Source: Verrucomicrobiota bacterium (GTDB taxonomy: Bacteria > Verrucomicrobiota > Kiritimatiellia > CAIQIC01 > JAGNIJ01). Taken from it: a stretch of 62,920 bases of DNA. The notes below the pieces were generated by a model. That model saw only the letters and a list, made by a program, of their open reading frames with translations. It searched no databases and had not been told where the DNA came from. Shown here piece after piece: positions 18,346 to 25,752 of the stretch. The translations under genes were made by a program, and so were the position numbers. The DNA lies in the NCBI GenBank assembly GCA_022704185.1, contig JAKJGV010000003.1, positions 1 through 62,920 on the forward strand. Reading direction: 5' to 3'. The first letter of the stretch is position 1; every line of letters starts with the position of its first letter.

Positions 18346-19208
18346 AACCAGGATCCACAAACGCCGCCGCCCCGCGCGGAAGACGCCGCACGGCGCGACA
18401 GTTCATGCAGGAGCAGTTCGCGATCATTCTCGCCAACGAGCCGGGCGTGATCGAGGGCGGCGTGGAACCTCTCCACGACATGCGCGTCGCGATTCGCCGG
18501 CTCCGCACCCTGTTGCGGGCGCTGGCGCCCGCCTGCGGCGGGATTTCGGCGGAACGCATGGGGGAACGGTTCGACCGGCTCCAGAAGGCGCTCGGCCCCG
18601 CGCGCGACGCGGATGTGCTGATCGGCATCCTCGAAAGCAAAGCCGTCTGCCGCATACTGGAAGGGCTGCACGCCCGCGAGGAAGTGCTCGAGAAACAGCG
18701 TGCGCTGCTGGAGCAGCGGAAGGAAACGGTTCGCACGCTGGTCAGCGGCGCGCTGTATCGCCGGCTGAAGAACGATGCGGCCCGGTTCATCGAAGCCGGA
18801 TGTCCGGCGCAGGGATTCGACCGTCCGAAGCTCCGCAAGCAGGCGCTCGCAGCGCTTCGGAAAGCCATGGACCGGGTGCGCCGGCGGTCGGTCATGCCGG
18901 CCTCATGTCCGCCGGACGCGATCCACGCGCTGCGCATCGCCTGTCGCCGGGCCCGTTATCTCTGCGAGTTCTTCGGTCCGGACCTGGGGACCTCTGTTTC
19001 CGCGCTCGGGCAACGCCTCAAGACAATCCAGGACGTTCTCGGGGACGTGCACGACCTGGACGTCCTGGTTTCCGAGCTCGAAAACGAACACGTCGCCGTT
19101 CCGGCCGCGCTCCTCCGGGCGTTCCGCGAAAAGCGAAAGCGGTTGCTGCGTACGTTCCGCCGGGAATGGGCGCGGCAGGGCGATTGGACCGCCGACGCGT
19201 GGGCGTGA
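18342..19208 (+). CDS. CHAD domain-containing protein
   Basis: GTG 18342 overlaps the ppk stop (GTGA). Repeated helical motifs with conserved HDMRVAIRRLRTLLRAL and IHALRIACRRARYLCEFF...LGDVHDLDVL are typical of CHAD. Confidence 0.82.
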   Translation: MKPGSTNAAAPRGRRRTARQFMQEQFAIILANEPGVIEGGVEPLHDMRVAIRRLRTLLRALAPACGGISAERMGERFDRLQKALGPARDADVLIGILESKAVCRILEGLHAREEVLEKQRALLEQRKETVRTLVSGALYRRLKNDAARFIEAGCPAQGFDRPKLRKQALAALRKAMDRVRRRSVMPASCPPDAIHALRIACRRARYLCEFFGPDLGTSVSALGQRLKTIQDVLGDVHDLDVLVSELENEHVAVPAALLRAFREKRKRLLRTFRREWARQGDWTADAWA

Positions 19209-19320
19209 GGGAAACCCGATGAACGGCCACACCCCCTTTTTCTTGCCAATTCGCCCTCGTCTCAGCACACTACGTGCGCAATAGGTACCTGACCGCGGCG
19301 CGCAGGCCGCGGCGCCGATT

Positions 19321-21039
19321 ATGACGAATCCGCAACAGCAGACTCGCGGCGACCGGGGGATCGCGGTCACGGACGAGCAGACGCAGAGGGTCCCCGGCAA
19401 GGGGATGCGCATCGGCGAATACACGATCCTCGAGACGCTCGGGCACGGGGCCATGGCCACCGTGTACCTGGCCGTGGACGCCACGGGCCACGAGATTGCC
19501 CTCAAGGTGTTCCAGGAGGGCCCCGGGGTATCCGAGACGATGCTTGAGCGGTTCCGGCGCGAGGCGGAAGCGTCGAAGAAGCTTCGCCGGCATCCGCACA
19601 TCATGACCATCTACGCGACCGGGCGCGACGGGCCCTATCACTACATCTCCATGGAGTCCATCCGCCGGAGCAAGACGCTCGAGGACGCTCTGGAAAACAC
19701 ACCGATGAGCCTGAACACCATCGTTCAGATCATCATCAAGATCGCGCGCGCGCTGCAATACGCGCACATGCATCACATCGTGCACCGCGACGTGAAGCCC
19801 ACCAACATCATGATCGACGAATTCGGCGAGCCCCTGCTTTCCGATTTCGGCGTCGCCGAGTTGATTGACTGGCCCTCCTGCACGATGACCGGCGCCCTGA
19901 CCGGGACCCCGCTCTATATGTCGCCCGAGCAGGCGCGCAGCGAACGCGTGGGGCCGGCGAGCGACATCTATTCGCTGGGCGTGGTGCTGTTCGAGGCGAT
20001 CACCGGCGTCCTGCCGTACAGTTGCCAGCACAGCGCGCCGGTGCGGGAAGTGCTGGAGGCGGTCAAGGAGGAGCCGCCGAAGCGGCCGCGCCTCTATCGC
20101 AAGGAGATATCGCCCGAACTCGAGGCCGTCATTTTGAAGGCGCTGGAGAAAAACCCGAAGGACCGGTATGCCGATGCCGAGGCTTTCGCGGTGGACCTCG
20201 AGCGCGCGCTGGCCGGCCGCCGCGTCAGCGCCCACCATTTCTCCCCGCTGGATCACGTCCGCCATCTCGTGCGGCGGCACCACCGCACGATCCTGCTGGT
20301 GGTGCCCCTGGTGATCGCGAGCCTCGTCTCCGCGTACTACTACCGGCAGAAGCTGATGCGCGCGCGCTACGACGACCTGCTGACGCGGACGCAGCTCCGT
20401 AACGCGCTGTACATGCTCGCCCAGGCCGAGGGTCCGGGGCTCGCCAGCGAAACGCCCCGCGCGTGGCACGAGATCCGGCTTGCCCGGAAGGCCATGACGG
20501 CGGGCGACTGGCGCACGGCCCGCAACTCCTTCCAGACCGCCGCGGACCTCAGCGTCGAAATGTCCGACGCCCGTACGGCGGCCATCGCGCACCTCGATCT
20601 CGCCCGCTGCGAGATCATGTTGAACAACCGGGAAAGCGCGAAGCAGATCTACCACGGCACGCTGACGAACCCCGACACCTCGCCCGCGATCGCCAGCCTC
20701 GCCCAGCTCGAATACCTGAGCCTGCTGCTGTTGGAGGGCAACCGGCAAGGCGCCGTGCAGATCCTCGTGTTGCGGGAGCCGCCTCCGGACGGTCCGATCC
20801 GCGACGCGATGAACTGCCTCGGCGGCGAACTGTCGCCGAACACGCTGCTCCAGCTCATCAACCAGATGCCGCAGCAGTTCCAGAACGACGCCTATCTCGC
20901 CGTGGCCATCCGCTACTACCTCGACGGCGAGGTCGGCCGCAGCTCCACGTATCTGCGCCGCTGCATCACCTCCTCAAGACCGCAATCCGAATGGCCCGCG
21001 CCGTTCGCCCGGATGCTGCACGGCGATCTTAGCCGTTGA
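19321..21039 (+). CDS. Ser/Thr protein kinase with TM segment and C-terminal TPR-like region
   Basis: Hanks kinase motifs: GHGAMATVYLA...ALK, HRDVKPTNIMI, DFGVA, GTPLYMSPEQ. TM segment ILLVVPLVIASLVSAYYY. C-terminal helical repeats. Confidence 0.92.
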   Translation: MTNPQQQTRGDRGIAVTDEQTQRVPGKGMRIGEYTILETLGHGAMATVYLAVDATGHEIALKVFQEGPGVSETMLERFRREAEASKKLRRHPHIMTIYATGRDGPYHYISMESIRRSKTLEDALENTPMSLNTIVQIIIKIARALQYAHMHHIVHRDVKPTNIMIDEFGEPLLSDFGVAELIDWPSCTMTGALTGTPLYMSPEQARSERVGPASDIYSLGVVLFEAITGVLPYSCQHSAPVREVLEAVKEEPPKRPRLYRKEISPELEAVILKALEKNPKDRYADAEAFAVDLERALAGRRVSAHHFSPLDHVRHLVRRHHRTILLVVPLVIASLVSAYYYRQKLMRARYDDLLTRTQLRNALYMLAQAEGPGLASETPRAWHEIRLARKAMTAGDWRTARNSFQTAADLSVEMSDARTAAIAHLDLARCEIMLNNRESAKQIYHGTLTNPDTSPAIASLAQLEYLSLLLLEGNRQGAVQILVLREPPPDGPIRDAMNCLGGELSPNTLLQLINQMPQQFQNDAYLAVAIRYYLDGEVGRSSTYLRRCITSSRPQSEWPAPFARMLHGDLSR

Positions 21040-21074
21040 CTGCCGTGCGGCGCGCTCTTACCCTCGGATGCATC

Positions 21075-21599
21075 ATGGACCGTCACTTAAGAAGCCGTCC
21101 GCGATCCGGATTCACCCTGATCGAACTGCTCGTGGTCCTGGTGATGCTCGGCTGCCTCGCGACGCTCGGCTGGTTCGCGGCCCGCCAGGTGATGATCCGC
21201 AAGCAGTGCAAACGCAACCTCTACGCCATCTACAACGCGCTCGAAATGTACGAGATGGATCGCGGCACGCTGCCCCGGCTCGCGTTCTTCCCCGACAAGC
21301 CCCAGACGGACAAGGACAGCCCGCTGGTCGCCTTGCGAACGTACTTCAGCAGCCCGGATATTTTCGTCTGTCCGGCCGCGCCCGCTTATCACCAGGCGCT
21401 CGGCATCACCTACATCTGGAACGTCACGCTCAACGGACGGAAACTGCACGCGGCAGGATCGCCGACGTGGATGATGACGGAAATGAGCGCGCTTTCCGAG
21501 AACGTCCCCCCGCCCCACCTGGGCATCTACAACGCGCTCTATACGGACGGCCATGTCCGGAAGCTGAAGAAACCGCCCGAAGCCCTGCAGGAGATGTGA
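21075..21599 (+). CDS. Prepilin-type N-terminal cleavage/methylation domain protein with C-terminal H-X9-DG motif (DUF1559-like pseudopilin)
   Basis: GFTLIELLVVLVMLGCLATLG class-III signal and C-terminal HLGIYNALYTDGHV. ATG 21075 preferred to the TTG 21036 track start. Confidence 0.85.
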   Translation: MDRHLRSRPRSGFTLIELLVVLVMLGCLATLGWFAARQVMIRKQCKRNLYAIYNALEMYEMDRGTLPRLAFFPDKPQTDKDSPLVALRTYFSSPDIFVCPAAPAYHQALGITYIWNVTLNGRKLHAAGSPTWMMTEMSALSENVPPPHLGIYNALYTDGHVRKLKKPPEALQEM

Positions 21600-21636
21600 G
21601 GGCGATGCGGGATGGATTGCCGGCAACGGGGCAAAC

Positions 21637-22473
21637 TCACCGAATGAGCGGCTTGGTGACCTTGATCAAGGCCTTCCAGAGTTTCTCCGGCGAGTCGTGA
21701 CCCATCAGCTTCTCGCGGGCTTCCTCCTTCTGGAAAACCTGCGCGAGGCCGGACAGCAGCTTGAGGTAGAACGCGCTGGCCGCCGTCGGGATCACCATGA
21801 AGAATACGATCCTCGTCAAGGCGCGGCCGGGCCCTCCGAACTTCACGCCTTTCGCACTCACGCCCAACGCCAGCGTCAATCCGCCGCCTTCCACGCCGCG
21901 CACGTGCGGGAACGCGAGACTGTGGCCGATCGCCGTACCGGCGATCGCTTCACGCTTGAGCGCCTCTTCGAGCAACAGCCTCCCGTTGTCCACGAACCCT
22001 TCCGCTTCCATCTTGGAACAGAGCTCGGCCAGCACGTCGTCGCGCTCGGTCGAGGCCAGGTCCGGAATCATCAGTTCCGGCGCCGAGAAACGCTCGATCC
22101 CCACTTTCGGCGGCTCGCTGCGCCGCTGGCGCTTGCCGATGTTCCGCGGAGACGATTCCGGGTAGAAAAGCATTCGCGCGCAGTTCGGACACGTGTGCAG
22201 CCGGTCCGCCGCGTGGACGGAATGAACCAGGCTGACCGGCAACGACATGCCGCAGGCCGAACATACCCCGTTGGCCACCGGTACGATTCCAAGGACGGCC
22301 TTCTTCTCGATCCTCTTGAACTGCGCGGCAATCGGAGGGGGAAGCTGCTCGTACATCGCCTGGATCGCGGCGTCCAGTTGCTCCAGGCGCACATCCTCCA
22401 TCGAGGCTTCCTGCTGCGCGCGCGCGATCAGCAGGTCTTGAAGTTGAATCAGATGATTGATCGTCTTCTGCAT
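21637..22473 (-). CDS. Fusion protein: coiled-coil + C4 zinc ribbon (zf-RING_7/HP0958-like) fused to a PTS EIIA type-2 (EIIA-Ntr/PtsN-like) domain
   Basis: N-terminal part: IQLQDLLIARAQQE...CSACGMSLPVSLVHSVHAADRLHTCPNCARMLFY. C-terminal part: EIIA-2 with AIGHSLAFPHVRG...LTLALGVSAKGVKFGGPGRALTRIVFFMVIP. ATG 22473 with a GAAAGGA SD (the ORF opens at GTG 22539). Confidence 0.72.
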   Translation of the reverse strand: MQKTINHLIQLQDLLIARAQQEASMEDVRLEQLDAAIQAMYEQLPPPIAAQFKRIEKKAVLGIVPVANGVCSACGMSLPVSLVHSVHAADRLHTCPNCARMLFYPESSPRNIGKRQRRSEPPKVGIERFSAPELMIPDLASTERDDVLAELCSKMEAEGFVDNGRLLLEEALKREAIAGTAIGHSLAFPHVRGVEGGGLTLALGVSAKGVKFGGPGRALTRIVFFMVIPTAASAFYLKLLSGLAQVFQKEEAREKLMGHDSPEKLWKALIKVTKPLIR

Positions 22474-22713
22474 GAGTCCTTTCGTGGATCTCGCAGCGCC
22501 CTGCGGCTTGCTGATGCTTTGATCCGTCACGACATCCACCTCCCGCTCGGATAGATGGAGTTTCGCAAAACCGTCCCTTTATACCATCCCGCGCGCAATA
22601 ATCAATCTCGTTCCGCCATTGGCGTTCGGACGGGAGCCGGGCGCGAGATATATTGATATTGACCCCGGGCCGCCCATGGTCAGAATATGCCACTCTTTAC
22701 GAAGGAGTGCGTG

Positions 22714-23169
22714 ATGAACCTCAGGAAAGTGCTTTCGGTCGATACGATTGCCCTCGACCTGAAAAGCGATACCAAGGACGGCATCATCGAGGAAATGATC
22801 GATCTCCTCATGGCCGCCGGGAAGATCCGCGACCTCAAGGACAAGAAGGAAGCGCTGCGCGTCGTCCTGGAGCGCGAGCGCAAGATGTCCACGGGCATGC
22901 AGAACGGCATCGCCATACCCCACGGGAAGACCGACCGCGTAGACAACCTGGTCGCGGCCGTGGCGCTCAAGAAATCAGGCGTGGATTTCGGCTCGCTCGA
23001 CGGACAGCCCTCGCGGATTTTCGTGATGACTCTCTCGCCCGACACGCGGACCGGACCGCATATCCAGTTTCTCGCCGAAATCAGCCGGCAGCTCAACGAT
23101 CCCGCGGTGCGCGACAGGATACTCCAGGCCGAGCGGCCGGAGGATGTGCTCGATATTCTATCCTCTTGA
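22714..23169 (+). CDS. ptsN: PTS EIIA type-2 domain protein (nitrogen-regulatory EIIA-Ntr/PtsN-like)
   Basis: ATG 22714 after a GAAGGAG SD. LDLKSDTKDGIIEEMIDLL...GMQNGIAIPHGKTDRV (phosphorylatable His)...SRIFVMTLSP. 151 aa. Confidence 0.85.
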   Translation: MNLRKVLSVDTIALDLKSDTKDGIIEEMIDLLMAAGKIRDLKDKKEALRVVLERERKMSTGMQNGIAIPHGKTDRVDNLVAAVALKKSGVDFGSLDGQPSRIFVMTLSPDTRTGPHIQFLAEISRQLNDPAVRDRILQAERPEDVLDILSS

Positions 23170-23225
23170 TGTCCGCGCCTCATGGGCGCAGGATGCTCTT
23201 CGGCAAGGAACGTTTCCCCTGAACC

Positions 23226-24854
23226 ATGAATGAAGCTTCCACAGCGGCCATGGATGTCGTCATGTTGCGGCTTGTCCTGCAACTGGCCGTCATCTTCATC
23301 GCCGCGCGGCTGGGCGGGTTTGTCTTCAGTCGATGGCTGAAGATCCCCAGCGTGCTGGGCGAACTCTGCTCCGGACTGCTGATCGGACCGTACGCCCTCG
23401 GCGGCATGAACATCCGCGGCCTAGGCACCCTCTTCCCCGGCACGGGCGATGTGCTCGCCGTCAGCCCCGAGCTCTACGGGTTCGCCACCATCGCGTCGAT
23501 CCTGCTGCTCTTCCTGTCGGGCCTCGAAAGCGACCTGACCCTCTTCGCGCGCTACTCCACGGTCGGTATCGCCGTCGGAGTCGGCGGCGTGATCGTATCT
23601 TTCATCGGCGGCGCGTGGGCAGCGGTCCTGTTTCGCGTGGCCCCCTCGTTCTCTTCGCCGGCCGCGCTGTTTCTCGGCGTCGTGTCCACGGCCACTTCCG
23701 TCGGGATCACCGCCCGCATTCTCGCCGACAAGCGCAAGATGGATTCGCCCGAAGGCGTGACGATCCTCGCGGCCGCGGTGCTCGACGACGTGCTCGGGAT
23801 CGTGCTCCTCGCGGTCGTCGTGGCGATCTCGCGCATCCAGACCGCCGGCGGGCACGTGGACTGGGGCGATGTCGGACGGATCTGCGCCAAGGCCGTAGGA
23901 TTCTGGATCGTCTTCACCGCGATCGGCCTGCTCTCCGCGCGGCGCATCACCAGCGTGCTGAAGCGGTTGCGCTCCATGGAAATCATCACCTCCATCGCTT
24001 TCGGCCTTGCGCTCCTGATGGCGGGATTGATGGAAATGGCCGGGCTCGCGCTGATCATCGGCGCCTACGTGACCGGGCTCGCCCTTTCGAGGACCGACGT
24101 CGCCCACGCGATCCAGAACCAGCTTCACGGCATGTACAACATGCTCGTACCCGTCTTCTTCTGTGTCATGGGCATGCTGGTCAACTTCGCGGAGTTGAAG
24201 CCCGTGATCCTGTTCGGGCTCGTGTACAGCATCATTGCCGTGGCGGCCAAGCTGATCGGCTGCGGCCTCCCCGCTTTTCTCATGAACTTCAACCGCCTGG
24301 GCGCAAAGCGGATCGGCCTCGGCATGGTTCCGCGCGGAGAAGTGGCGCTGATCGTCGCCGGCATCGGGCTGTCCACGGGCAGCATTCAGCACGACGTGTT
24401 CGGCGCCGCGGTGATGATGACGTTGCTCACCACGCTGCTCGCGCCGCCGCTGCTGGCGCATTCCTTCGACCACCGCTCCGGCGTCCGGCATCGCGCGGAA
24501 CCGTCCATGGAGGAAATCAAGACCATCAGCCTCGACTTCCCTTCCACCGATATCGCGTCGTTCATGTTCTCCCGGCTCGCGCAGACGTTCCGCAACGAGG
24601 AGTTTTTCGTCTACCGGCTCGGGCCGGACGTGCAGACCTACCAGATCCGCAAGGACGACATGGTCTTCACCCTGACCCAGGAAGGCGACTCCGTCCAGCT
24701 TTCCGCCCCCGCCAAATACGAGCATGTCGCGCGCTTCATCCTTCTTGAGGAACTCCTCACGATGCAGGATCTCGCGAAGTCCTTCGAGCGCATGCACAAC
24801 CTCGACGGCATGAAGAGCGACCTGCTCAAGGGCGTGTTCGACGCGGACGAGTAG
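23226..24854 (+). CDS. Cation:proton antiporter (CPA2/Kef-type Na_H exchanger family) with an uncharacterised ~130-aa cytoplasmic C-terminal domain
   Basis: About 11-12 TM segments. LGELCSGLLIGPYALG and GLESDL motifs typical of CPA2. The C-terminal 130 aa have no Rossmann GxGxxG (not RCK/TrkA-N). Confidence 0.85.
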   Translation: MNEASTAAMDVVMLRLVLQLAVIFIAARLGGFVFSRWLKIPSVLGELCSGLLIGPYALGGMNIRGLGTLFPGTGDVLAVSPELYGFATIASILLLFLSGLESDLTLFARYSTVGIAVGVGGVIVSFIGGAWAAVLFRVAPSFSSPAALFLGVVSTATSVGITARILADKRKMDSPEGVTILAAAVLDDVLGIVLLAVVVAISRIQTAGGHVDWGDVGRICAKAVGFWIVFTAIGLLSARRITSVLKRLRSMEIITSIAFGLALLMAGLMEMAGLALIIGAYVTGLALSRTDVAHAIQNQLHGMYNMLVPVFFCVMGMLVNFAELKPVILFGLVYSIIAVAAKLIGCGLPAFLMNFNRLGAKRIGLGMVPRGEVALIVAGIGLSTGSIQHDVFGAAVMMTLLTTLLAPPLLAHSFDHRSGVRHRAEPSMEEIKTISLDFPSTDIASFMFSRLAQTFRNEEFFVYRLGPDVQTYQIRKDDMVFTLTQEGDSVQLSAPAKYEHVARFILLEELLTMQDLAKSFERMHNLDGMKSDLLKGVFDADE

Positions 24855-25182
24855 CGGCCCGTTTCCTTGTTCCGAAGCCACCGAGCCGACCGCGCAGTCG
24901 TGATCTCCAACGGCTTGCTGCCGGAATCCTGCCGTCCTTCGGATTTCGCCCTTCAGATTTGGCTTGCCGTCCTTGAAGAATCATAGTAAAAGCGGTCTCC
25001 AGACCGCTTCTACAGAGCGTTGTGCGCGCCTTTCAGGGCCGAGCAATAACCGAAACTGGATCAGGAGTTCTTGAAGCGAGGATCCCTTGGAAACCGCCGC
25101 GCTCGATCCATCGGCATCCCTTGCGCTTGCTCCCGCGGCGCGGTAGACTGTTCACTCACAATCAAGTAGAAACCGACGCATC

Positions 25183-25749
25183 ATGACAACCACGCAGCAG
25201 GAATGGAACATCAAGGAGCGCGGCGAGACTTGCCAGGGCTGCTCCAAGCATTTCGACGACGAAGAGCCGTTCTACTCGCGGCTCGATTTCGGCGCGGAGG
25301 GCTACACGCGCAGGGATTACTGCGCGGTGTGCTGGACGGACAGCGCGCGCAGGGCCGCATTGAGCACGTGGAAGTCGGTCTACAAAATGCCCCCTCCGCC
25401 CGAGCCCGAACCCCTGCAGAAGGAAACCGCGGAATCCCTGTTGAGGAAGTTAATGGAGGGCGAGGATCCCGCAAAACTGAATACGATCTACATCCTGGCG
25501 GTCATGCTCGAACGCAAGCGGATCCTTGCCGAACAGGATGTGCAGATACGCGAGGACGGGGCCAAGGTCCGCGTGTACGAACACCGGAAAACCGGCGAAA
25601 CGTTCATCATCACCGATCCCGGCTTGAAGCTCACGGAACTGACAAGCGTGCAGGCGGAAGTGGTCGCCATGTTGGGCGGCGGCGCGAACGGCGCTGCAAC
25701 CGGCGAACCGCCGCCCGATCAACCCCCACCCGCCTCGCCCGAGAGGTGA
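25183..25749 (+). CDS. Hypothetical protein with N-terminal C4 zinc ribbon (CxxC-N26-CxxC)
   Basis: 188-aa ORF with coherent codon usage: ETCQGCSKHF...DYCAVCW, Pro-rich linker, then an alpha/beta-looking domain. Its stop is 3 nt before the next gene. Confidence 0.6.
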   Translation: MTTTQQEWNIKERGETCQGCSKHFDDEEPFYSRLDFGAEGYTRRDYCAVCWTDSARRAALSTWKSVYKMPPPPEPEPLQKETAESLLRKLMEGEDPAKLNTIYILAVMLERKRILAEQDVQIREDGAKVRVYEHRKTGETFIITDPGLKLTELTSVQAEVVAMLGGGANGAATGEPPPDQPPPASPER

Positions 25750-25752
25750 CAC

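Noticed and set aside
15922-18360. Very long antisense or alternative-frame ORFs (for example 15922-18360 minus, 19270-20748 minus, 25450-27429 minus, 34847-36913 plus, 39763-41118 plus, 54400-56664 minus, 56037-57890 plus, 9128-10378 plus).
   Set aside because: Each lies opposite or out of frame to a gene with unmistakable family motifs (ppk, kinase, D-aminoacylase, hypF, hyhL, glgB and others). Their translations are Arg/Ala/Gly/Pro/His-rich low-complexity strings typical of stop-poor non-coding frames in GC-rich DNA.
21036-21074. The longer pseudopilin ORF starting at TTG 21036, overlapping the kinase stop, and the alternative-frame ORF 21068-21700.
   Set aside because: ATG 21075 places a short basic leader directly before the GFTLIELLVV class-III signal, as expected for prepilin-like proteins. 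The other frame gives an Arg/Pro-rich non-protein-like sequence.
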